Below, piece by piece: positions 30,349 through 41,750 of a stretch of DNA of 64,000 nt. Under the pieces are notes generated by a model that made no database searches, was not told the origin of the DNA, and saw nothing but the letters and a program-made list of their open reading frames with translations. Made by a program: the position numbers and the translations under genes. Positions within the stretch are counted from its first letter, which is position 1. Each line of letters opens with the position of its first letter. Origin of the DNA: Candidatus Lightella neohaematopini (GTDB lineage Bacteria > Pseudomonadota > Gammaproteobacteria > Enterobacterales > Enterobacteriaceae); assembly GCA_025728475.1 (NCBI GenBank), contig JAOBJN010000003.1:10784-74783 (forward strand), given 5' to 3'.

Positions 30349-32151
30349 ATGTATATATTAAAATTAATATTTGTTTTACCTATCAAAATTATTTGGAATA
30401 TATTAAGTTTTATTAGAAATTTTCTATATAACATTTTTATTTTACTTTTGATTATTATTGGAATAATCACATATTGTAATACCAATAATTTATTTTTAAG
30501 TAAATATAAAGGAGCATTAGTTGTTAATTTAAAGGGAGATATTATTGATAAACCAATAAATATTAGAAGTTATAATAATATTAAGAATGTTATTTTTAAT
30601 AATAAAAAACTAAATTCTTTGTACGATATTACAAATATTATACGTAAAGCAAAACAAGATAGTAATATTAGTGGTCTAGTATTAGATTTAAATAATTTAG
30701 TTAATGTTGATTTAGTATCTTTAAGATATTTAGGAAAAGTTTTAAAAGAATTTTCTAGTACAGGAAAACCAATATATGCAATTGGTAATAGTTATAATCA
30801 AATACAGTATTATCTAGCTAGTTTTGCAAATAAAATCTATTTAATTAATGGAGGTTTTGTTAGTATTCATGGTATTTCTATAAATAATTATTACTATAAA
30901 TCATTACTTAATAAAATAAAAATTAATAGTTATATATTTAGAGTAGGTAAATATAAGTCAGCTGTAGAACCATTTTTTAGAGATAATATGTCAAGTGATA
31001 CCAAAAATATTAATAAAAATTTAATTGATAATATTTGGAATATTTATTTAAAAGATATAGCAAATAATAGACATATTAGCAAAAAGCAAATATATCCTAG
31101 TATAACTAGTACTATATTAGAATTAGAAAAAGATAATGATTTATCTAAATTTGCATTAAAACATAAATTAGTAGATGATATTTTGTCATATAGTAAATTT
31201 GAAAAATTAATGATTAATATTTTTGGTTATAATAAAAAAAATAAAACTTATAACTACATTAGTATATATGACTATCATATAGATAATAAGATAAAAAAAA
31301 TAGATAATAAAATTGCGGTAATTTTTATTAATAGTATTTTAATTGATGATAAGATATCATCTTATAATAATATAATTAAGTATATCAATTGTGCTCGCTT
31401 AGATGATAATATAAAATCAATATTATTAAGAATAAATAGCCCTGGAGGTAGTGTTTATATATCAGAATTAATTAGAACTGCATTAGAACGAGTACATAAT
31501 ACTAATAAACCAATTGTTGTCTCTATGGGAAATGTTGATGCTTCTGGTGGTTATTGGATATCTACAGCTGCTGATTATATTATTGCTGATCCTAGTACTA
31601 TAACTGGATCTATTGGTGTTTTTAGTGTAATTAATACTATAGAAAATTTATTAGATTATATTGGGATACATAAAGATGGTGTATCGAATTCACCATTAGC
31701 TGATATATCAACAAATAAAAAATTACCATTAGAAATAATTAAATTGTTAAGAATTAACACACAATTTATATATAATAAATTTATTGATTTAGTAGCTAAA
31801 TCTAGACATAAATCACTGAATGAAATTAATAACATTAGCCAAGGACGTGTGTGGTGTGGATATGATGCTATGAAATATGGATTAGTAGATCAAATAGGAG
31901 ATTTTGATGATGCTATTAATAAAGCAGCTAGTTTAGCAAAAATAAAGAACTTTCAATTAAAATGGTTTACCGATGATAGTATTAGTATAATTAATATATT
32001 ATCTAATAATATATATAATATATTTACAAAAATTATGACGAAATATTTATCAGATTATATTATTAAAAATGATATTATTGTAAATAATGACATAAAAATT
32101 AATAAAAAATATTATGCTCTATGTTTACAATATAATTATTCTATAATATAA
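30349..32151 (+). CDS. sppA: Signal peptide peptidase A (protease IV)
   Basis: The 600-aa ORF is a tandem S49 peptidase. It contains RVGKYKSAVEPF (catalytic Lys region) and GNVDASGGYW (catalytic Ser region). Confidence 0.92.
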   Translation: MYILKLIFVLPIKIIWNILSFIRNFLYNIFILLLIIIGIITYCNTNNLFLSKYKGALVVNLKGDIIDKPINIRSYNNIKNVIFNNKKLNSLYDITNIIRKAKQDSNISGLVLDLNNLVNVDLVSLRYLGKVLKEFSSTGKPIYAIGNSYNQIQYYLASFANKIYLINGGFVSIHGISINNYYYKSLLNKIKINSYIFRVGKYKSAVEPFFRDNMSSDTKNINKNLIDNIWNIYLKDIANNRHISKKQIYPSITSTILELEKDNDLSKFALKHKLVDDILSYSKFEKLMINIFGYNKKNKTYNYISIYDYHIDNKIKKIDNKIAVIFINSILIDDKISSYNNIIKYINCARLDDNIKSILLRINSPGGSVYISELIRTALERVHNTNKPIVVSMGNVDASGGYWISTAADYIIADPSTITGSIGVFSVINTIENLLDYIGIHKDGVSNSPLADISTNKKLPLEIIKLLRINTQFIYNKFIDLVAKSRHKSLNEINNISQGRVWCGYDAMKYGLVDQIGDFDDAINKAASLAKIKNFQLKWFTDDSISIINILSNNIYNIFTKIMTKYLSDYIIKNDIIVNNDIKINKKYYALCLQYNYSII

Positions 32152-32203
32152 TTTTTTTCTATTAATATTAACTCAATTGGTTTTTTATTTAATTATTAAA
32201 AGT

Positions 32204-33214
32204 ATGAATAATATTAGAATTGGTATTAATGGTTTTGGTAGAATTGGTAGAACGTTATTTCGTTTATTACAAAATATAAACAATATAGAAGTTATACTAA
32301 TTAATGATATAGTAGATATTAATCATATTGCATATGCAATTAAATATGATTCTAACCATGGTTTATTCAAAAACAATATTAAAATCGTTAGTGATAATAT
32401 TTTAAATATTAAAAACAAAAATATTTTCTGTTATCAATATTCTGATCCATCAGAAATACCTTGGTATAAATATGATATTGATTTTGTTATAGAGTCTACT
32501 GGATTATTTTTAACTACAAAAGATGCTTATAAACATATAATATCTGGTGCAGATAATGTAATTATTACTAGCCCTCCTAAAGATAATACTCCTATGTTTA
32601 TAATGGGAGTAAATAATATGTTATATAATAAAAATAATTATAAAGTTATATCAAACTCTTCTTGTACATCTCATTGCGTTGTACCATTGCTAAAATTAGT
32701 AAATGATAACTTTAATATAAAGCAGATAATGATAACTACTATAAATTCTGCTACTGCTAGTCAAAATGTTATTGATGGTTATTCATATAAAAGTTTTTGT
32801 GATGGTAGAAGTGTGTTACAAAATATTATTCCTTCTTTTACTAACGTTGTGCAAGTAACAAGTAAAATTATACCAGAATTAACAGATAAAGTACATGGAA
32901 TATCATTTCGTGTTCCTACTCCTCAGGTATCACTAGCTGACATAAGTATATTATTAGATGATAATATATCTTATAAAGATATTTATAACATCATTTATCG
33001 GGAATCTAATACTAATCTGAAAAATATTTTAGGTTATATAAATGATGATATTACTTCCATAGATATTAAAGGAACTACCTTAGTATCCGTTTTTGATGTA
33101 AAAAATAGTACTGTAAAAAACAAAATTTGTAAATTAATATCTTGGTATGATAATGAAATTGGTTACTCTTATTCATTAATTAAATTAATTAAATATATTA
33201 AAGAAATTAATTAA
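32204..33214 (+). CDS. gapA: Glyceraldehyde-3-phosphate dehydrogenase homolog with Asn at the catalytic His176 position
   Basis: The ORF contains GINGFGRIGR, SNSSCTSHC (catalytic Cys retained), FRVPTP and WYDNE.GYS. The start is set at MNNIRIG. It lies next to sppA, consistent with the relative order of these genes in E. coli. Confidence 0.88.
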   Translation: MNNIRIGINGFGRIGRTLFRLLQNINNIEVILINDIVDINHIAYAIKYDSNHGLFKNNIKIVSDNILNIKNKNIFCYQYSDPSEIPWYKYDIDFVIESTGLFLTTKDAYKHIISGADNVIITSPPKDNTPMFIMGVNNMLYNKNNYKVISNSSCTSHCVVPLLKLVNDNFNIKQIMITTINSATASQNVIDGYSYKSFCDGRSVLQNIIPSFTNVVQVTSKIIPELTDKVHGISFRVPTPQVSLADISILLDDNISYKDIYNIIYRESNTNLKNILGYINDDITSIDIKGTTLVSVFDVKNSTVKNKICKLISWYDNEIGYSYSLIKLIKYIKEIN

Positions 33215-33218
33215 TTTT

Positions 33219-34769
33219 TTATTCCCATTCTATTGTAGATGGTGGCTTATCAGAAATATCATATACTACTCTTGATATTTCATTAATTTCATTAATAATC
33301 CTATTAGATATTTTATGTAATAAATTATAAGGAATTTTTACCCACTTAGCTGTCATAAAATTACTAGTATTTATTGCGCGTAAAGCTAATACTAAATCAT
33401 ATCTACGATAATCACCTATAATACCAACTGATTTAATTGGTAACAATATAGTAAATGCTTGATCAACTCTATAATAGAAATTATTATTTTTTAATTCTTC
33501 AATAAATATACTATCTGCTAGTCTTAATAATTTACATAAACTATCTTTAACTTCTCCTATAATACGTATAGCTAATCCAGGACCTGGGAATGGATGACGA
33601 TATAAAATATCATGGGGCACATTCATTTTTAATCCTAATTCACGTACTTCATCCTTAAACAATTTTTTTATTGGTTCTAGTAATTTTAGACCAATATTAT
33701 TTGGTAAACCACTAACATTATGGTGAGATTTTATTTTATTTTTGGATTCAATAACATCTGAATAAATTGTACCTTGCGCAAACCATTTAACATTACTAAA
33801 ATTAGTAGCTTGTTCTAAAAATATATCCACAAATACTTTTCCAATAATTTTACGTTTTTCTTCTGCATCACTAATATTAGACAAAGCATTAAAAAATTTA
33901 TTTTTTGCATTAATAAAAATTGTATTTAAATTAAAATTTTTACTTAGTTTTATTACTAATTTATATTCATTTAATCTAAGTAAACCATTATCAATAAATA
34001 TGCAAATTAATCTTTTTCCAATGATATTATTTATTATAATAGCTGTTACTAATGAATCTATTCCTCCAGATAATCCTAAAATTACCTTATCATTACTCTT
34101 TACCAAATTATTAATATTATTGACAATAGTAGTATAGATATTACTAATATTCCAATTAGGAATACAATTACATATATTAAACACAAATCTTTTAATTAAG
34201 TTAATACCACACTTAGTATGTGATACTTCGGGATGAAATTGTAATCCATATATTTTATCTTTTTCATTTGCAATAATAGCATTCTGACATTTATCATTAC
34301 CTGCAATAGCAATAAAATTATTTGGAATTTTAGTAACAACATCATTATGACTCATCCAAACATCCAAGAATATACGATCATTACTATTAATTCTGTCGTA
34401 AATATTATTTGTTAAATTACTATATTTTTTAATTATAATACGAGATAATCCAAATTCTCGGCAGCCAATAATATTTTCTACAATTCCTCCTAACATCTTA
34501 ACTATAAGTTGCATACCATAACATATTCCTAATATTGGTATATTAATATTAAAAATTTTATTAGATAACATTGGACCATTATTTAATACGCTATGTGAAC
34601 TACCAGATAAAATAATACCACTAGGATTAATATTACATATTTCATCTACAGATATATCACTATAATTATATATTTCACAGTATACTTTTAACTTTCTTAA
34701 TATCTTAAATATCAACATAGTATATTGTGAATTAAAATCAAGTATGATGATACAACTATTATTTTTCAT
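33219..34769 (-). CDS. guaA: GMP synthase (glutamine-hydrolysing)
   Basis: The 516-aa ORF has the GATase motif GICYGMQ, the PP-loop LSGGIDS and a conserved C-terminus (PPSTIEWE). Confidence 0.96.
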   Translation of the reverse strand: MKNNSCIIILDFNSQYTMLIFKILRKLKVYCEIYNYSDISVDEICNINPSGIILSGSSHSVLNNGPMLSNKIFNINIPILGICYGMQLIVKMLGGIVENIIGCREFGLSRIIIKKYSNLTNNIYDRINSNDRIFLDVWMSHNDVVTKIPNNFIAIAGNDKCQNAIIANEKDKIYGLQFHPEVSHTKCGINLIKRFVFNICNCIPNWNISNIYTTIVNNINNLVKSNDKVILGLSGGIDSLVTAIIINNIIGKRLICIFIDNGLLRLNEYKLVIKLSKNFNLNTIFINAKNKFFNALSNISDAEEKRKIIGKVFVDIFLEQATNFSNVKWFAQGTIYSDVIESKNKIKSHHNVSGLPNNIGLKLLEPIKKLFKDEVRELGLKMNVPHDILYRHPFPGPGLAIRIIGEVKDSLCKLLRLADSIFIEELKNNNFYYRVDQAFTILLPIKSVGIIGDYRRYDLVLALRAINTSNFMTAKWVKIPYNLLHKISNRIINEINEISRVVYDISDKPPSTIEWE

Positions 34770-34909
34770 ATCTTCAAATAAAATTAACTATATTAATATA
34801 TCATAATAAACAACAACAATATTTTGTTATAATATCACAATATAGTTATAATAATGTATTAATTTTTTATATAAAGTTAAATAATTATAATTAAAATGTA
34901 TTTGTAAAG

Positions 34910-36304
34910 ATGTCAAAATTAATAGATATAGTATTAGTAGGTAGTGGTATTATTAGTACATCATTAGCTATGTTAATTCATATATTAGAACCAGAATGGG
35001 TAATACATATGTATGAAAAATTGCCTAATATAGCATGTGAAAGTACAAATGTATGGCATAATTCTGGTACAGGACATGCTGGTTATTGTGAATTAAATTA
35101 TACTCCTGAATTATCTAATAATAATATTGATATTTCAAAAGCACTAAAAATTAATAAGTTATTTAATATATCAATACAATTTTGGTCATTCTTGGCTAAG
35201 AATAATATACTAAATTATCATAATATAATTCATAGTATACCACATATTAGTTTTGTTGTAGGTAACAATAATGTTAATTTCCTGTATAAAAGATTTAACA
35301 AATTAATAAAATATACACCATTCAGTAATATGCAATACTCTAATAAATTTAATGAATTAAGTAAATGGATTCCATTAATAATGGATGGTAGAAATAAATC
35401 ACAAAAAGTTGCTGCAACAAAAATAATAAATGGAACTGATATTAATTTTAGTGAAATTACTAAGCAAATATTAACTTTTTTAAAAAAAAAGAATAATTTT
35501 TACTTACATTTAAAACATGATGTAATTAATATTATTAATAAAAATTATTATTGGAATATTTATGTTAAAAATAGAAGTTATAACTATACTTACATAACTT
35601 CCACAAAATACGTATTTGTTGGTTGTGGTGGAGCTACATTACTTTTATTACAAAAAGCAAATATAATAAATAAAAATAATTATGCAGGTTTTCCTATTAG
35701 TAGTCAGTTTTTATTAAGTAAAAATTACAACATTATTAATCAACATTGGGCAAAAGTATATGGCACAACAATAAATAATTATATTCCTATATCAACCCCT
35801 CACATGGATGCAAGAATAATTAATGGAAAAAAATTTTTATTATTTGGTCCATTTGCTATATTAAGTACTAAATTTCTTAAAAATGGTTCTTATCTTGATT
35901 GGTTTAAATCAATTAAAATAGATAATGTTAAATTAATTTTAAAAACTGGAATAAAGAATATTCATCTTATAAAATATTTAATAAATCAATCATTAATGTC
36001 AAAATCTGATAAAATTAACTTATTAAAATATTATTATCCTAAAGTTAATCCTAATGATTGGAATATTATTAAAGCTGGACAACGAGTTCAGATTATGAAA
36101 AATAATACTGATTATAATGAATTAGTATTTGGAAATGAAATAGTTTATTCATCGAATCATTCACTAACAGCTGTATTAGGAGCTTCTCCAGGAGCATCAA
36201 CTTCAGTATCTTTAGCATTAAAATTACTAAAAATAATGTTTAAAAAATATAATTACTATCAAAATAATTGGAAAAATAAATTAAAATTAATTTTATTATC
36301 ATGA
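34910..36304 (+). CDS. mqo: Malate:quinone oxidoreductase
   Basis: The 464-aa ORF contains DIVLVGSGIIS (FAD-binding fold), EPEW, ES.N.WHNSGTGHAGYCELNYTP and GASPGASTS. It is shorter at the C-terminus than E. coli Mqo. Confidence 0.9.
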   Translation: MSKLIDIVLVGSGIISTSLAMLIHILEPEWVIHMYEKLPNIACESTNVWHNSGTGHAGYCELNYTPELSNNNIDISKALKINKLFNISIQFWSFLAKNNILNYHNIIHSIPHISFVVGNNNVNFLYKRFNKLIKYTPFSNMQYSNKFNELSKWIPLIMDGRNKSQKVAATKIINGTDINFSEITKQILTFLKKKNNFYLHLKHDVINIINKNYYWNIYVKNRSYNYTYITSTKYVFVGCGGATLLLLQKANIINKNNYAGFPISSQFLLSKNYNIINQHWAKVYGTTINNYIPISTPHMDARIINGKKFLLFGPFAILSTKFLKNGSYLDWFKSIKIDNVKLILKTGIKNIHLIKYLINQSLMSKSDKINLLKYYYPKVNPNDWNIIKAGQRVQIMKNNTDYNELVFGNEIVYSSNHSLTAVLGASPGASTSVSLALKLLKIMFKKYNYYQNNWKNKLKLILLS

Positions 36305-36309
36305 CACAT

Positions 36310-37635
36310 TTATTTATTATCAATAATCTTAATATAAATAGAAGATCCAAAAATATTTAGAGTATGTTGAAAATAATTTATTAAATACTTTTTATAAGAT
36401 TTTTTTAGATACAATGTACGTTTCCCGTGTATATTAATAACTATAGGATTATAATTACTAATATAAGCATATTTTAATTTTATTAATTTATTTTTGTAAA
36501 TAGGAGGGTATTTTTTGACTGCATTATATAATATACTATTAATATATTTCGTTTTAAATTTTAAATTATTTAATTTGTTAATCTTATTAATAAGATTAAA
36601 TAAATTACTAAATTTTTGATCATATAATGCAGAAATAAACATAATTTTAATAAATTTGACAAAATTTAATTGATTAATAACATTGGATTTAATTTCGTTT
36701 AAATCATTATAATAAATATCACATTTATTAATGATAATTACTACAGGTATATTTTTTTTTACTATTAATCTAATTAAAGATAAATCATAATGACTAATCT
36801 TTTTGTCTATCAAACATATAATATATAATATTATATTCGTATATTTAATATAATTAAATATAATTTTAGTTATATTAGTAATATTTAAATATTTTTTATT
36901 TCTAAAAAAAAAATTATTTTTATTTACTCCTACACTATCAGTAATTTCATAATTATAATTATTATAAATAATATTACTAGTAATATTATTTCTTGTTGTT
37001 CCTGATTTACTAGATACTAAAACACGATATTTATTTAATAACTTATTTACTAATGTGGATTTACCTACATTAGATTGACCAAAAATAAATATCTTAATTT
37101 TATTAATATTACTATTATTTATACATGTTATTAGTTCATTTCCATATTTATTAGACATTAATACTAATAATGATAGTAATTGTTGTATATTTCTATTAAT
37201 AGCTGATACTTTACATAAAGCACTACTTACACCTAAAGAATAAAACTTATTTACCATAACATCACTATCGGCAATATCAATTTTATTGACTACTATTATT
37301 ACTTCTTTCTTAAGAGATTTAACTATTTTAGCAATATAAATATCATCATTAGTTATTTCTACTGTTCCGTCAACAACAAATAAAATTACTGTAGTATATT
37401 TTAGTAAAGATATCGATTGTTGTGTAATTTTATATTCTAAACTATTAATATTATTATTATTACATATACTACCAGTATCTACTACCATAGTAGTAATACT
37501 ATTAATTTTAATATAACCACAAATATAATCACTAGTAAAACCAGCATAGTTATTAACTAACGATAATTTATTATTTGTTAAAACATTAAACAATGTAGAT
37601 TTACCAACATTACTACGTCCTATTAAAGTTATCAT
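36310..37635 (-). CDS. der: Ribosome-assembly GTPase Der (EngA)
   Basis: The 441-aa ORF has two tandem G domains (GRSNVGKSTLFN and GQSNVGKSTLVN) with NKID/NKCD motifs, plus a KH-like C-terminus. Confidence 0.92.
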   Translation of the reverse strand: MITLIGRSNVGKSTLFNVLTNNKLSLVNNYAGFTSDYICGYIKINSITTMVVDTGSICNNNNINSLEYKITQQSISLLKYTTVILFVVDGTVEITNDDIYIAKIVKSLKKEVIIVVNKIDIADSDVMVNKFYSLGVSSALCKVSAINRNIQQLLSLLVLMSNKYGNELITCINNSNINKIKIFIFGQSNVGKSTLVNKLLNKYRVLVSSKSGTTRNNITSNIIYNNYNYEITDSVGVNKNNFFFRNKKYLNITNITKIIFNYIKYTNIILYIICLIDKKISHYDLSLIRLIVKKNIPVVIIINKCDIYYNDLNEIKSNVINQLNFVKFIKIMFISALYDQKFSNLFNLINKINKLNNLKFKTKYINSILYNAVKKYPPIYKNKLIKLKYAYISNYNPIVINIHGKRTLYLKKSYKKYLINYFQHTLNIFGSSIYIKIIDNK

Positions 37636-37661
37636 ATGTAATAATTTAAAATTTAATTATT

Positions 37662-38828
37662 TTAATATTTAAAATTAATAACAATATTCATTATTCGATT
37701 ATTAAATAATATAAGAAAATTATTTTTTTTAGATAAAAATATTTTATTAATATTAAAATTTTTTATTTTTATGTAATAAACCAAACTATTTTTTGATACA
37801 TTAAAAATATAAATAAATTCATAAGAATTACTAATTATTAAATAATTTTTATACATCAAAAATATAGTTATATTATACAAATTTATTTTTTTTTGTAACC
37901 AAATAACATCACCATTAAATATATTTATTGATAATAAATTATATTGATTATCAATACAATAAATATAATTATTATAATACAGTAAGTTACTTATTATATA
38001 AGTTTTAACAAACCATAATATTTTTCCAGAATATAAATTTAATGCAATTAGATGATTATTAACATCAATACTATAAATTGTATTATTTATAATTATTGGT
38101 TCAATTTGATTACTAATCATGGTTACTAATTTTTTTTTACAAATTGTAATATATTTTTGCCAAATTATATTACCTTGATCTAGAGATACAGCGCTAATAA
38201 TACCATTACTACTAAATACAACAACTATTCCAAAAAAAGCTACTGGAGTAATAATATTATGTAATGATACTGTGTTACTATAAAAACTAGTTATCCATTT
38301 AGTAGCACCATTATTTTCATTAATAGCTTGTAGTATATTATTACTATATATTATTAGTAAGTGATTAACTAATAATAATTTAGATGTAATAGGCATAACA
38401 GTAGTTGTATGCCATATTAACATGCCATAATTCACATTAATTGCATAAATTTCTGCTTTATTAGTAAACAAATAAATATTATTATTAATTAAAAATATTT
38501 TAATTAATTTTAAATTATTTAATAATCTATGATGTATATAATAAAAAAAGTTTTTGCTCCAAATTTTTCTACCATAATTAATGTCTATTACTTGAATCAA
38601 ACCATTATATTTAGCTATAATGACATATTTATCATTACTAATGATATCTAAAATATCTTTATTGTAAGAAATAAATTTCTTCCATTTAATGGAATAATTA
38701 AAGCCATCAAAATAATAATATTTATTATGTTTATTATTAATTGTACAACTACTAAATATTAAAATAATCATTATTAATATAAAATATTTTATTAATATAA
38801 TTATATTTATATTATACTTAATTATCAT
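37662..38828 (-). CDS. bamB: Outer-membrane protein assembly factor BamB
   Basis: The 388-aa ORF has a lipoprotein signal ending FSSC and repeated beta-propeller-like blades. It lies between der and hisS, where E. coli has bamB and yfgM. Confidence 0.82.
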   Translation of the reverse strand: MIIKYNINIIILIKYFILIMIILIFSSCTINNKHNKYYYFDGFNYSIKWKKFISYNKDILDIISNDKYVIIAKYNGLIQVIDINYGRKIWSKNFFYYIHHRLLNNLKLIKIFLINNNIYLFTNKAEIYAINVNYGMLIWHTTTVMPITSKLLLVNHLLIIYSNNILQAINENNGATKWITSFYSNTVSLHNIITPVAFFGIVVVFSSNGIISAVSLDQGNIIWQKYITICKKKLVTMISNQIEPIIINNTIYSIDVNNHLIALNLYSGKILWFVKTYIISNLLYYNNYIYCIDNQYNLLSINIFNGDVIWLQKKINLYNITIFLMYKNYLIISNSYEFIYIFNVSKNSLVYYIKIKNFNINKIFLSKKNNFLILFNNRIMNIVINFKY

Positions 38829-38873
38829 TACAATATTATAAATAAAATATTTTACAATCTAATTATAAATTAA

Positions 38874-40142
38874 CTAATTGTTATTAAACAATATCAATAA
38901 TAGTTTAGATAAAATATAAGATTTTTTAATTATTTCTTTTTTATTACTAATTAAATTTTCTAATATTAGTTGATCAGATAATAATGTATTGTCTCCCATA
39001 ATTATCAAGGTTTTAGTTTTTAATCGATATGCCTGCTTACGATATTTACTTATTTTATTACAATAAAAATCAACAACTAATTTTAGTGATGGTATTGAAT
39101 CTCTTAAATATTCAGATAAACTAATTATTGAATTTTTTAACTTATTATTTACATTTACTAAAAAAACATCAACTAAAAATTCACTTTTTAACAATATATT
39201 GCTTTTATTAATCAAAATAATTAAACGTTCTAAACCAATTGCACATCCAATAGCAGGAATAGAATGATTATAATTAAAATTATTTACTAGTAAGTCATAT
39301 CTACCACCACCACAAACAGCATTTTGTGATCCTAAATTACTAGTAGTCCATTCAAATACTGTATCATTGTAATAATCTAATCCTCTAACTAAATATGGGT
39401 TAATATTATAAGATATATTCATATTATTTAAAGATTTTTGTAGATTCAAAAATCTATTATATGATTCATTATCTAAATAACTTGTGATAAGTGGAGCTTG
39501 TTTTAATATTGATAGAGTTTTATACTTTTCTAATAATCTCATAGGATTATTAATAATGCTGCTATGAATATTATTTAATAATTTATTTTTTTGAAAAAAT
39601 GTAATTAATTCCTTATAATATTTTTTACGTGTCTTTAAACAACCTAGAGAATTAATCTCTAGTGATAAATATTTACTTAATCCTAATAACTTCCATATCC
39701 TAGATATTAATAAAATTAATTCAACGTCAATACAAATATCTGCATAACCAAATACTTCTATACCAATCTGATGAAATTGTCTAAATCTACCCATTTGGGG
39801 TTTTTCATAACGAAACATAGGACCATGATACCATAATCTTTGTTTATTATATAACAAACCATGTTCGATAATAGCTCTTACACAACTAGCAGTACCTTCA
39901 GGTCTTAATGACAAACTACAACCATTGCGATCAAGAAAGTTATACATTTCTTTACTTACAACCAAATTATTATATCCAATAGTCCGATTAAATAATTTAG
40001 TTTTTTCGACTATAGGAAAACGAATTTCTTCATATCCATAATTTAGTAAAGTATTTTTTATTGTATATTCAACTTGCTGCCAAATAACACTATCTTTAGG
40101 CAACAAATCATGCATACCTTTAACTGAATTAATAATTTTCAT
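38874..40142 (-). CDS. hisS: Histidine--tRNA ligase
   Basis: The 422-aa ORF contains GMHDLLP, LRPEGTA, FRYE.PQ.GR.RQF.Q and GGGRYD.L. Confidence 0.96.
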   Translation of the reverse strand: MKIINSVKGMHDLLPKDSVIWQQVEYTIKNTLLNYGYEEIRFPIVEKTKLFNRTIGYNNLVVSKEMYNFLDRNGCSLSLRPEGTASCVRAIIEHGLLYNKQRLWYHGPMFRYEKPQMGRFRQFHQIGIEVFGYADICIDVELILLISRIWKLLGLSKYLSLEINSLGCLKTRKKYYKELITFFQKNKLLNNIHSSIINNPMRLLEKYKTLSILKQAPLITSYLDNESYNRFLNLQKSLNNMNISYNINPYLVRGLDYYNDTVFEWTTSNLGSQNAVCGGGRYDLLVNNFNYNHSIPAIGCAIGLERLIILINKSNILLKSEFLVDVFLVNVNNKLKNSIISLSEYLRDSIPSLKLVVDFYCNKISKYRKQAYRLKTKTLIIMGDNTLLSDQLILENLISNKKEIIKKSYILSKLLLILFNNN

Positions 40143-40147
40143 ATAGA

Positions 40148-41239
40148 TTATTTTATATAAGTACTAGTTTTACTACGTATTACTAATTCTAAATAATCAA
40201 CAATATTATTATTTTGTATTTTATTAGGTTGTCTTATTCCATTAATATATAAACTACTATTTTTTCTTCCCCCTACTAATCCAATATCTGATCTTAAAGC
40301 TTCTCCTAATCCATTAACTATACAACCAATAATAGATATATTAATTGGTGTAATAATATCCTGTAATTTTTTTTCTAATTTATTAGTAGTATTAATTACG
40401 TCAAATTCCTGTCTAGCACATGTCGGGCAAGTAATAAAATTTATACCCCGATAACGTAAATGCAATGATCTTAAAATATCAAATGCTACTTTTACTTCCT
40501 CTACTGGATTAGTAGTAAGAGATACTCTTATAGTATCACCTATACCCATCATTAACAATAATCCAATTCCAATTGCTGACTTAGTAATACCAATACGTGT
40601 AGTACCTGTTTCAGTAACTCCAACATGTAATGGTTGATCAATTGACTTTGCAACTAGTTGATAAGCCTTAATAGTAGTTAATACATCAGATGATTTAACA
40701 CTAACTTTAAAATAACCAAAATTTAATTTATCGAAAATATTAACTTGTTGCATAACAGATTCAAATAATGCTTCTGCTGAAACAATTTTATTGTATTTAT
40801 TTCTAAATTCACGTTCTAACGAACCAGAATTAACACCAATCCTAATAGGAATATTATAATATTTAGCACAATCTATTAATGTTTTAATTCGTCTAATATT
40901 ACCAATATTACCTGGATTAATACGTATACAATCAACACCATATTCTGCTACTTTTAAAGCAATTCGATAATCAAAATGTATATCTGCTACTAATGGTATA
41001 TTTTTAGTACTAGATCTAATTTTTTTAAATGATTCAGCAGCATCCATATTTGGAATTGATACACGTATAATATCTGCTCCATTAAATTTTAATGTATTAA
41101 TTTGATTGACTGTTTGTTCAACGTTAACAGTATCAGTATTAGTCATAGATTGTACCGAAATAGGATAATCACTACCAATTGGGACATTACCAACATAAAT
41201 GCAATTAGATTTTCTTCTTCTGATAAAAATTTTATTCAT
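40148..41239 (-). CDS. ispG: 4-hydroxy-3-methylbut-2-enyl-diphosphate synthase
   Basis: The 363-aa ORF contains [16 protein letters not shown], the Cys ligands TCPTC.R and GC.VNG.GE. Confidence 0.96.
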   Translation of the reverse strand: MNKIFIRRRKSNCIYVGNVPIGSDYPISVQSMTNTDTVNVEQTVNQINTLKFNGADIIRVSIPNMDAAESFKKIRSSTKNIPLVADIHFDYRIALKVAEYGVDCIRINPGNIGNIRRIKTLIDCAKYYNIPIRIGVNSGSLEREFRNKYNKIVSAEALFESVMQQVNIFDKLNFGYFKVSVKSSDVLTTIKAYQLVAKSIDQPLHVGVTETGTTRIGITKSAIGIGLLLMMGIGDTIRVSLTTNPVEEVKVAFDILRSLHLRYRGINFITCPTCARQEFDVINTTNKLEKKLQDIITPINISIIGCIVNGLGEALRSDIGLVGGRKNSSLYINGIRQPNKIQNNNIVDYLELVIRSKTSTYIK

Positions 41240-41318
41240 TAACTACTCAAAAATTAAATATTTTATATATTATTATTTGGTTGATCTATATTCAGATATA
41301 AAAATATCAATATTTAAA

Positions 41319-41750
41319 TTAATATATTATTTTATATATTTCATCTTTTTTAAAAAGATAATATATTTCTCTTTTAGCTGCTTCTTTTGAAGCAGATCCA
41401 TGTATTGCATTTTCTGTAATACTATCAGCATAGTCTTTTCTAATTGTACCAGACATTGCATGTACAGGATTAGTATGACCAATAATTAATCTATTACGGT
41501 TAATAGCATCATAACCTTCTAACACTAATAATACTACTGGATTAGAAGTCATAAATTGTAATAAATCATCAAAAAATAATTTATCTTTATGTTCATCATA
41601 TATAAATAATACTTGATGAAAGTCTAATTTTAACATTTTTAATCCAACTATAAATAACTTGTTGTCTTCAAAACGTTTAATAATATCTCCAATAACATGC
41701 TTATTAATTGCATTAGGTTTGATAATTGATAAAGTATGCTCTAATACCAT
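41319..41750 (-). CDS. ndk: Nucleoside diphosphate kinase
   Basis: The 143-aa ORF contains LEHTLSIIKPNA and the catalytic His in NAIHGS. Confidence 0.95.
   Translation of the reverse strand: MVLEHTLSIIKPNAINKHVIGDIIKRFEDNKLFIVGLKMLKLDFHQVLFIYDEHKDKLFFDDLLQFMTSNPVVLLVLEGYDAINRNRLIIGHTNPVHAMSGTIRKDYADSITENAIHGSASKEAAKREIYYLFKKDEIYKIIY

Noticed and set aside
41199-41390. A 63-aa plus-strand ORF spanning the ispG-ndk junction.
   Set aside because: It overlaps the 5' end of ispG and the 3' end of ndk on the opposite strand. It is low in complexity.
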